NCBI GenBank assembly: GCA_903851235.1
Contig: CAINNR010000001.1
Location: 22,432 to 86,431, forward strand
Length of the DNA: 64,000 bases
Reading direction: 5' to 3'
Origin: an uncultured Candidatus Berkelbacteria bacterium
GTDB lineage: Bacteria > Patescibacteriota > UBA1384 > XYA2-FULL-43-10 > CAINNR01
Below are positions 56,939 through 64,000 of this stretch, in pieces. A program made the translations under genes and the position numbers. The notes under the pieces are model-generated. The model worked only from the letters and a program-made list of their open reading frames with translations. It made no database searches and was not told where the DNA came from. Within the stretch, counting starts at the first letter, position 1. Each line of letters begins with the position of its first letter.

Positions 56939-57336
56939 AATCATTTGTCCTACGTTTGGAGAAAGGGGATGAAGCAATTTCAAAAATTGTTGGTTTTTGT
57001 GCACAAAACGATATAGAAAATGCCTGGTTTTCCGGATTCGGCGCGGCATCGTCAGCAAGATTGGCAATTTACGACTTGGAGAAAAAAGAGTATATTCGAA
57101 AAGAGTTTTCTGGTATATTGGAAATACTAAATTTTCTCGGGAATGTAGGTCAAATGGATGGTAAAACCATCGTACATAGTCACGTAACACTATCGAACAA
57201 AGATTTTTCCGCTTTTGGTGGACACGTTGATGAGTTGATTATAGCCGCCACTTGCGAGATTATATTGCATCAATTGGATATAACTTTGGCTAGAAAACGC
57301 GATGATGAAATCGGATTAAATTTGCTGGATATCTGA
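56935..57336 (+). CDS. PPC/DUF296-family protein
   Basis: MKSFVLRLEKGDE...HSHVTLSN pattern typical of the PCC/DUF296 domain. Confidence 0.55.
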   Translation: MKSFVLRLEKGDEAISKIVGFCAQNDIENAWFSGFGAASSARLAIYDLEKKEYIRKEFSGILEILNFLGNVGQMDGKTIVHSHVTLSNKDFSAFGGHVDELIIAATCEIILHQLDITLARKRDDEIGLNLLDI

Positions 57337-57385
57337 TATTTAATTGGTAATTTTGACCAGATCGATAAATTTGTAAGGAGTGTTC

Positions 57386-58291
57386 ATGCTGTATGACGTA
57401 ATTGTTATCGGTGGCGGCCCAGCCGGTATGACAGCCGCAATATATACTTCACGCCGGATGTTAAAGACTTTAGTCATTACAAAAGAAGTTGGTGGTCAGG
57501 TGATCAAAACTCCGGATATTGAAAATTATCCCGGATTTGATTTAATTTCCGGTTCGGAACTGGCAATAAAATTTACTAACCAAGCAAAAAAATTCGGCAC
57601 CAAACTGGCCATTGACGAAATCCAACATCTGGAAGAGAAATCATCGGAATTTATTATCACCGGCATCAATAAAAAATATCAGGCCAAATCATTGATTTTG
57701 GCTTTTGGAAAGATTCCGCGAAAACTAAAGGTCAAAGGAGAGGACCAATTCAAAGGCAAGGGTGTTTCATATTGCGCAACTTGTGATGCACCATTCTTCA
57801 AACATAAAGTTGTTGTTGTCAACGGTGGCGGTAATTCAGCTTTCGACGCCGCGCTACTGTTAGCAAAAATCGCTGGAAAAGTCTACTTGATCCATCGTCG
57901 CAACGAATTTCGAGCCGAAGAAGTTCTGATTGAAAAAGTCAAAGGAATGAAGAATGTTGAAATCATTACCGGCGCGACAATCCATGAAATCAAGGGCGAC
58001 GAAGTTGTAAAATCATTGGTTTACCATAAGGATAGCAAGGAAACCGAAATTGATGTCGATGGTGTTTTTATCGAGATTGGTTACATTGTTGCTGATGGTT
58101 TGATAAAAGATTTTGTCGATATGGATGAAAAAAATCAGATCAAAGTTAACAAAGATCAATCAACTTCCCGCGAAGGCGTTTTTGCCGCTGGGGACTTGAC
58201 CAATTCATATTATAAACAAATAGTTATTTCCGCCGGTGAGGGCGCAATTGCAGGTCTTTCAACCGCAAAATATGTTGACGAAAGAAAATAG
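57386..58291 (+). CDS. trxB: thioredoxin-disulfide reductase
   Basis: FAD GGGPAG and NADPH motifs. Redox CATC. ATG 6 nt after an aaggag SD. Confidence 0.9.
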   Translation: MLYDVIVIGGGPAGMTAAIYTSRRMLKTLVITKEVGGQVIKTPDIENYPGFDLISGSELAIKFTNQAKKFGTKLAIDEIQHLEEKSSEFIITGINKKYQAKSLILAFGKIPRKLKVKGEDQFKGKGVSYCATCDAPFFKHKVVVVNGGGNSAFDAALLLAKIAGKVYLIHRRNEFRAEEVLIEKVKGMKNVEIITGATIHEIKGDEVVKSLVYHKDSKETEIDVDGVFIEIGYIVADGLIKDFVDMDEKNQIKVNKDQSTSREGVFAAGDLTNSYYKQIVISAGEGAIAGLSTAKYVDERK

Positions 58292-58349
58292 TTTTTGATA
58301 AAATAGCCACTTCAATTTCAAATCCGAACGATAATTTCTACCCAATAAA

Positions 58350-59591
58350 ATGACAGATCTATTTGATGAGAACCTAAAAATGGGGGCTCCTCTTGCTGAC
58401 CGGATGCGGCCGGCTGATTTTGGCGAATATATCGGTCAAGATCATATCTTAGGCAAAGATAAAATATTACGCCGTGCGATTGAAGCTGACAAATTATTTT
58501 CGATGATCCTTTGGGGACCTCCGGGCTCGGGCAAGACGACACTCGCAAGATTGATTGCCAATAAAACCAAATCTTTTTTTCAACCGTTTTCCGCTGTAAC
58601 TTCAGGTATCGCAGATGTTCGAAAGGCACTGGACGAAGCTAAAAACCGGAAAAAATTTCATCAGCAAAAAACCGTACTTTTTATTGATGAAATTCATCAT
58701 TTTAATAAAACTCAACAGGACGCTTTTCTGCCAGCGGTTGAAGATGGCACAATAATTTTAATTGGCGCAACGACGGAAAATCCGTCATTTCAAGTCAATG
58801 CGCCGTTATTATCACGAGCCAGAGTTTTTCACTTGCGTGAACTTTCCGAAGAGGATATTGTCAAGATTCTGAAATTTGCAATCAAAGATAAACATCGTGG
58901 GTTTGGAAAATTAAAAATCAAGATTGACAACGCGGCTATTAAGCATTTTGCAAAACTTTGCGAAGGCGACGCTCGTGACGCTTATAATGCATTGGAGTTG
59001 GTAATCCTAACCGGCAAAAAAGATAAAACCGGAAGAATAAATATTAACCTGACTGATGCTGAGGAGGCAATTCAAGCGAAGTTTATTCGCTACGACAAAG
59101 CCGCCGACGGGCATTTCGATGCTATTTCCGCCTTGCACAAATCAATTCGTGCATCAGACACTGATGCTTCCCTCCATTATTTGGCGCGAATGGTCGAAGC
59201 CGGCGAAGAACCACTCTATATAGCAAGGCGGTTAATCCGCGTCGCTTCCGAAGATATTGGTCTTGAGGATCCGCAAGCTTTGATTTTGGCGACATCAACT
59301 CAGCAGGCGATCTCATTTCTTGGCATGCCGGAAGCCAATTTGGCTCTTGCAGAGTTGGTAATTTATTTATCCATTGCCAAGAAATCTCGAGCTGTTAACG
59401 ATGCCTATCTCGCCGCACAAGAAGATGTCAAAATCCAACGGCTTGATCCGATTCCGCTTGACATCCGCAACGCACCTACAAAGATGATGAAGGATTTTGG
59501 CTTTGGTAAAGGCTACCAGCCTTATGTAAAGAAAGATCATCGACCGGAGAATTTACAAAATCGCAAATATTGGCAAGACGATTCCAAATAG
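58350..59591 (+). CDS. rarA: replication-associated recombination protein RarA/MgsA (AAA+)
   Basis: GPPGSGKTTLA, DEIHHFNK and the MgsA C-terminal helical domain. Confidence 0.9.
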   Translation: MTDLFDENLKMGAPLADRMRPADFGEYIGQDHILGKDKILRRAIEADKLFSMILWGPPGSGKTTLARLIANKTKSFFQPFSAVTSGIADVRKALDEAKNRKKFHQQKTVLFIDEIHHFNKTQQDAFLPAVEDGTIILIGATTENPSFQVNAPLLSRARVFHLRELSEEDIVKILKFAIKDKHRGFGKLKIKIDNAAIKHFAKLCEGDARDAYNALELVILTGKKDKTGRININLTDAEEAIQAKFIRYDKAADGHFDAISALHKSIRASDTDASLHYLARMVEAGEEPLYIARRLIRVASEDIGLEDPQALILATSTQQAISFLGMPEANLALAELVIYLSIAKKSRAVNDAYLAAQEDVKIQRLDPIPLDIRNAPTKMMKDFGFGKGYQPYVKKDHRPENLQNRKYWQDDSK

Positions 59592-59654
59592 TTTATAATA
59601 ACCAGAGAGGCTGGTTTTTTGGATCAAATCTTCATAATTAATTTGTGAGGGGTA

Positions 59655-60806
59655 ATGAAAGACTCAGAACTAAATAACAGTAAAGACAATGTTGTTGTTA
59701 AAGGCAAAAAAACTTTTCGACAAAAATTGGCAGATTTTTGGTCAAAAAAACGAAACCGAATACTAGTTATTGTTTCCATCATTGTTTTGATCTTCATAAT
59801 TTTGGTTATCGGTTTCTATTATCTTATTTACAAACAAGATGGCGCAAATGTGACTTTGGATGTCCAAAAAACGACCGAGGCTGTTAAGCCCCAACTTTAT
59901 CAATCAATTCTGGATGGAACTATGGTTAGTTCTGATGATGCTAACCGTCACCCTTTGGGCATTATGGTTGAAAATCACATCGACGCTCGTCCACAATCAG
60001 GATTGTCTCAGGCTTCAATCGTTTATGAAGCAATCGCTGAAGGCGGTATCACTAGATTTCTAGCGGTTTATGGTCCAAAAAGCGCAACAAAAGTTGGCCC
60101 TGTCCGCTCAGCCAGAACTTATTATGTCGATTGGATTCGCGAACTGAATGGTTATATGGCTCACGTTGGTGGAAATTACGACGCCTTGACAATGATAAAA
60201 ACTATCGGAATTTTGGATATTGATCAATTTGCCAATCCATCAGCGTATTGGCGAGACACTTCACAAAAAGTATCATCCGAACACACTATGTACACTGACA
60301 CAACCAAACTGTACAGCATAGCCACCAATAAAAAATATCCTACCGCAAACACATTCATTCCTTATGCTTTTAAAGTTGAGCCAGATCCTGCGTCAATAAT
60401 ACCAACAGCTCAAACAATTTCAATCAATTTTGGCAATGCTAATTACAACGTTGTTTATAATTACAACAAAACCACTAACAGTTATCTTCGAAATCTTGCC
60501 GGAAAACCGCATATCGATGCCGTCAATAGCCAACAACTCTCGGCTAAAAATATTGTGGTTCAAATGGTTAATCGCCGGTCGACAGTCACAGCTATCAATG
60601 AACAGGGCTATATTATGGATACGGTTGGAACTGGCGTGGCAACGGTTTTTCAAGACGGCGCAAAAATTGACGCCACATGGAAAAAAGATAACGAAAACTC
60701 CCGTACCAGATTTTTCAACAAAACCACCGGTGCTGAAATTCAGTTTAATCCCGGTCAAACCTGGATCGAGGTTATTTCACCTGATTTAACATTTTCCGCA
60801 TCATAA
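59655..60806 (+). CDS. DUF3048-family exported protein
   Basis: N-terminal TM anchor followed by a YerB-like DUF3048 pattern. Confidence 0.7.
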   Translation: MKDSELNNSKDNVVVKGKKTFRQKLADFWSKKRNRILVIVSIIVLIFIILVIGFYYLIYKQDGANVTLDVQKTTEAVKPQLYQSILDGTMVSSDDANRHPLGIMVENHIDARPQSGLSQASIVYEAIAEGGITRFLAVYGPKSATKVGPVRSARTYYVDWIRELNGYMAHVGGNYDALTMIKTIGILDIDQFANPSAYWRDTSQKVSSEHTMYTDTTKLYSIATNKKYPTANTFIPYAFKVEPDPASIIPTAQTISINFGNANYNVVYNYNKTTNSYLRNLAGKPHIDAVNSQQLSAKNIVVQMVNRRSTVTAINEQGYIMDTVGTGVATVFQDGAKIDATWKKDNENSRTRFFNKTTGAEIQFNPGQTWIEVISPDLTFSAS

Positions 60807-60827
60807 TTTTAAGATATAGGAGTATTC

Positions 60828-62129
60828 ATGGCGAAAATTTCAAAGATAATTCCGCTTGAAGTTCTTGATTCTAGAGGTAATCCGACAATTTATGTCAAGA
60901 CCGTTCTCGAAGACGGCTCAGTTGGTGTTGGTTTCGTTCCCTCTGGCGCCTCAACCGGTAAATACGAAACGGTTGAGCTTCGCGACAATGACCCAAAGCG
61001 TTTTGACGGTAAAGGTGTTTTGAGCGCAATCAAGAATATTACGGACATAATTTCTCCGGCAATTGTCGGAGTTGAATTTGAAGATTTCCGCCAAGTCGAT
61101 GAAAAAATGATTCAGCTCGATGGAACTCCGAATAAATCTAAACTTGGTGGAAATGCCACATTGGCAGTGTCAATTTCCGTTGCCGATGTTTTGGCCAAAA
61201 GTAAAAAAACCGAAATGTTCGCTTATCTCGCACCTTATTTCGGGCAATCCGATTCCTATACACTGCCACTTCCATACTTTAATATTCTAAATGGTGGCAA
61301 ACACGCTGTCGGTTCAACCGATTTTCAAGAATTTATGGTCGTTCCGGTGAAGTTTCCAAATTTTTCCGGTGCTTATCGAGCCGGGACAGAAATCTATCAT
61401 GCTCTTGGAAAAATTTTATTAGAGAGAAATTATCAGCCGTTGGTAGGTGATGAAGGCGGTTTTGCTCCATCACTTTTTTCTAACGAACAAGCGATGGAAC
61501 TTCTGATGATGGCAATTAAGGATGCCGGTTATACCGCTGGAGAAGAAGTGTTTATCGCGCTTGACCCGGCAGCATCACGATTCTTTTATCAAAATGTCTA
61601 TCAACTTCATCGCGAGAATAGAACATTTACTGGTGATGAACTGATTGATTTTTACAAAGTTTGGGTCGAAAAATATCCAATTATTTCCATCGAGGATGGT
61701 TTAGATGAAGATGATTGGAAAAATTGGCAACGTTTGACAGCAGAAATTGGCAGCCATGTTGACACAATCGGTGATGATTTGTATACCACCAATAAAATCA
61801 GACTGCAAACCGGCATTGCTCAGCATGCATCTAACGCTATCCTGATTAAGCCGAATCAAATAGGCACGCTGTCAGAAGCAATAGAAACAATAAATTTCGC
61901 CAAACAAAACAATATTAAATATATGATTTCTCACCGATCGGGAGAAAATGAGGATACATTCATCGCTGACTTGGCAGTCGCCGCCGGTGGAGGTATGATC
62001 AAGTCCGGTGCACCTTGCCGAAGCGAACGAACCTCAAAATATAATCGAATCAAGGAAATTGAAGCCATGCTCGGCGACAAAGCCAAATTGGCAACTCGCG
62101 ATGTCAGCCAAAATACCGGATTGCAGTAA
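60828..62129 (+). CDS. eno: enolase
   Basis: Full-length enolase with conserved active-site regions. Confidence 0.95.
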   Translation: MAKISKIIPLEVLDSRGNPTIYVKTVLEDGSVGVGFVPSGASTGKYETVELRDNDPKRFDGKGVLSAIKNITDIISPAIVGVEFEDFRQVDEKMIQLDGTPNKSKLGGNATLAVSISVADVLAKSKKTEMFAYLAPYFGQSDSYTLPLPYFNILNGGKHAVGSTDFQEFMVVPVKFPNFSGAYRAGTEIYHALGKILLERNYQPLVGDEGGFAPSLFSNEQAMELLMMAIKDAGYTAGEEVFIALDPAASRFFYQNVYQLHRENRTFTGDELIDFYKVWVEKYPIISIEDGLDEDDWKNWQRLTAEIGSHVDTIGDDLYTTNKIRLQTGIAQHASNAILIKPNQIGTLSEAIETINFAKQNNIKYMISHRSGENEDTFIADLAVAAGGGMIKSGAPCRSERTSKYNRIKEIEAMLGDKAKLATRDVSQNTGLQ

Positions 62130-62152
62130 ATTTAATTAAGAATCGATAATCA

Positions 62153-62190
62153 CAAAAATCCCCTTTGATATTATCTCGGGGGATTTTTGA
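62153..62190. terminator. bidirectional intrinsic terminator between convergent eno and transglycosylase genes
   Basis: A-run, AATCCCC...GGGGATT hairpin, T-run. Confidence 0.6.
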
Positions 62191-62197
62191 TTTTTAT

Positions 62198-62926
62198 TTA
62201 GAAGCCTAAACTTTGTGCAACTGACATAACCTTATTGAAATATGAAGATGATGGGTTATATGACCACAAAGCGGTTTTATATCTATTTGCGGAACCACCG
62301 GAAGCGGCAAGATAACGAGCAGCGGTGTAAGCGGCATCAACAATATTGTTTCTGTCGGCATAACCGTCACCATTTGCATCAACTTTCCAATGTTCCCAAG
62401 TTCCCGGCATAAATTGAAACGGTCCGCCGGCCCCGGAAGGGTTGGTTTTGGTTGTTGATCCGACACAACCGGTTTCAACATAGTTGATTCCTTTCAATAC
62501 CTGCCAGCTAATACCATAAGCGGCACCGGCAGTCTGATAGACCACATCAATGTTGGCCGGGTCATTATAAACCCGGGTCACTGTCGTCTTGGCCGATTTG
62601 GCAGCCTTGGCGACTTGTGCAGCTTTGGCAGCATTTTCAGCCGCGACTCTGGCGGCAATTTGATCCTGACTATCTCCAGGAACAATTGTCGGAGTTTTTA
62701 CCGCAACATCAACAATTTGGCTATTTTTGGACAACACAACATTGCTTTTGAAAGTTGTCTGATTTTGATCGGCCATTGCCGGCAAAACAGATAACGGAAT
62801 AAAAGCGCCAATAATGGCAAAAGACGCCATTTTGGTAAAATGTCGGTTTTCGATTGATATTTTTTTAATGTACGATTTGATCCTCTCCTGAAGTCCGCTC
62901 AAGGCGGATTTAATTTGAAGAATCAT
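62198..62926 (-). CDS. lytic transglycosylase-like (SLT domain) exported protein
   Basis: Signal/anchor sequence. SLT-like core (YVETG...GPFQFMPGTW...AYNAG-like region). Start chosen at the ATG giving MILQIK. Confidence 0.75.
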   Translation of the reverse strand: MILQIKSALSGLQERIKSYIKKISIENRHFTKMASFAIIGAFIPLSVLPAMADQNQTTFKSNVVLSKNSQIVDVAVKTPTIVPGDSQDQIAARVAAENAAKAAQVAKAAKSAKTTVTRVYNDPANIDVVYQTAGAAYGISWQVLKGINYVETGCVGSTTKTNPSGAGGPFQFMPGTWEHWKVDANGDGYADRNNIVDAAYTAARYLAASGGSANRYKTALWSYNPSSSYFNKVMSVAQSLGF

Positions 62927-63260
62927 GTACGAAATTCCGGCGTTCGAACCCGCCAAAGGCAGGCATGCGCGCCACCGAAGTGGCTCTACTTGCGCCGAAA
63001 ATTATTAATTATATAAGCTCACATTGTGCTCATCGACTAAACGAGCCCGCTGTGAACCAAAAATGTCGCCCCCTTTCGAAGACAACTTCTCCAGTATAGC
63101 ATATACTTTCCAAAAAGTCAATACCAAAGTGGATTAATGACACTATTTTAAATAATATAAAAAAAGTCCCGCCATCAGCATGATGACGGGGGCACGGAGA
63201 ATGATTGCTTGCCGTATTAGCGTCTGCTGCCAATACGGTGCCTAGGATGATATTTTCCCG

Positions 63261-63854
63261 ATGCATTTATCGGCCTCGCAGACTATGGCCGTCGCATCGA
63301 TCATTAGTACGATATCATATCAGATTTTATTTGTCAATGTTTTTTTGGTTTTATTTTTCGGTTATGATAAAATCATGCGCAATGAACAATGGTTGGAAAA
63401 TCGATTTGAATATATTTTTCGCAATTACTTTGCCGATGTTGAGGCGACGAATCAAATCGAAATAATGTGGGGCAGGCGATCGCGAAGGCAACTTGGTTGT
63501 ATTAAAAAAGAGCAACCAAAAACCCTGGCCGATCGTTTTAAGCGCGATTTCATAACCATTATAGTGATTAATGGTTTGTTTCGCGATGAGGTAATACCGG
63601 AATTTATCATTGATTCGGTGATCGTTCACGAAATGGCCCATTACGCCCATGGATTTAATTCGCCAATCGAACAAAAATACCGTCATCCGCACAAAGGGAA
63701 TGTTATCCGTCGCGAGTTTTTGCTGCGAGGAATTGGTGATTTGGAAAAATTGCAAAAAAAATGGATGAAGGAGAATTGGCAAAAATATTTGGATGATAAT
63801 TTTCCTCAATCGCGAAAAATTCACAAACGACGAGTAAAATTATTCTTTCGATAA
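63261..63854 (+). CDS. SprT-like / DUF45-type zinc metallohydrolase (HEMAH)
   Basis: HExxH motif in a SprT-like context. Start is ambiguous (possibly the internal MRNEQW). Confidence 0.6.
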   Translation: MHLSASQTMAVASIISTISYQILFVNVFLVLFFGYDKIMRNEQWLENRFEYIFRNYFADVEATNQIEIMWGRRSRRQLGCIKKEQPKTLADRFKRDFITIIVINGLFRDEVIPEFIIDSVIVHEMAHYAHGFNSPIEQKYRHPHKGNVIRREFLLRGIGDLEKLQKKWMKENWQKYLDDNFPQSRKIHKRRVKLFFR

Positions 63855-64000
63855 AATTATTGATTATAAAAATCCCACTTATTTGAGCGATTGTTTGAAA
63901 AAATGAGATTTTTGATGAATTATAGTTAAAAAAAATCCGGCAACCACATAACGTCGTGATCGCCGGACAGTTCTAGATCTCCTCGGAGTCCCAAGGTGCC

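Noticed and set aside
62930-62995. tRNA-like T-arm motif GGCGTTCGAACCCGCC upstream of the transglycosylase gene
   Set aside because: No acceptor, D or anticodon arms can be drawn on either strand. The T-stem does not pair properly.
1-64000. Search for CRISPR arrays, rRNA genes, transposase/integrase genes and group I/II intron signatures
   Set aside because: No regularly spaced direct repeats, no rRNA-like conserved blocks and no recombinase-like ORFs were seen anywhere in the window.

Overview
AT-rich (~37-40% GC), gene-dense bacterial chromosome segment with about 1 kb per gene, almost no spacers and many 1-10 nt gene overlaps. It carries the distal half of the conserved ribosomal-protein super-operon (rpsH-rplF-rplR-rpsE-rplO-secY-adk-map ... 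infA-rpmJ-rpsM-rpsK-rpsD-rpoA-rplQ-rplM-rpsI). Also present are several aminoacyl-tRNA synthetases (pheST, aspS, leuS, hisS), two tRNAs (Ala-GGC, Leu-CAA, both with encoded CCA), cell-envelope genes (murA, mreB, sortase, D-Ala-D-Ala carboxypeptidase, GT4/GT4/GT26 glycosyltransferases, YtxG/YtxH-like pair, LytR_C, lytic transglycosylase) and a fermentative pyruvate module (2-oxoacid:ferredoxin oxidoreductase, PduL-type phosphotransacylase, acetate kinase) next to two tandem iPGM paralogs and enolase. Housekeeping regulators include nusA, nusB, rnc, lexA, clpC, rarA and trxB. rpmD (L30) is absent between S5 and L15. Together with the streamlined synthetases (PheS without N-domain, AspRS without GAD domain), the Gram-positive-like envelope and the small fermentative metabolism, this points to a reduced-genome, CPR/Patescibacteria-like lineage; that is an inference, not verified. 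Two compositionally distinct, GC-richer patches (about 7.6-10.7 kb and about 17.6-19.9 kb) carry hypothetical, probably horizontally acquired genes. The second lies next to a Fic-family AMP-transferase with an unusual downstream Zn-ribbon ORF. No CRISPR arrays, rRNA genes, transposases or integrases were seen.
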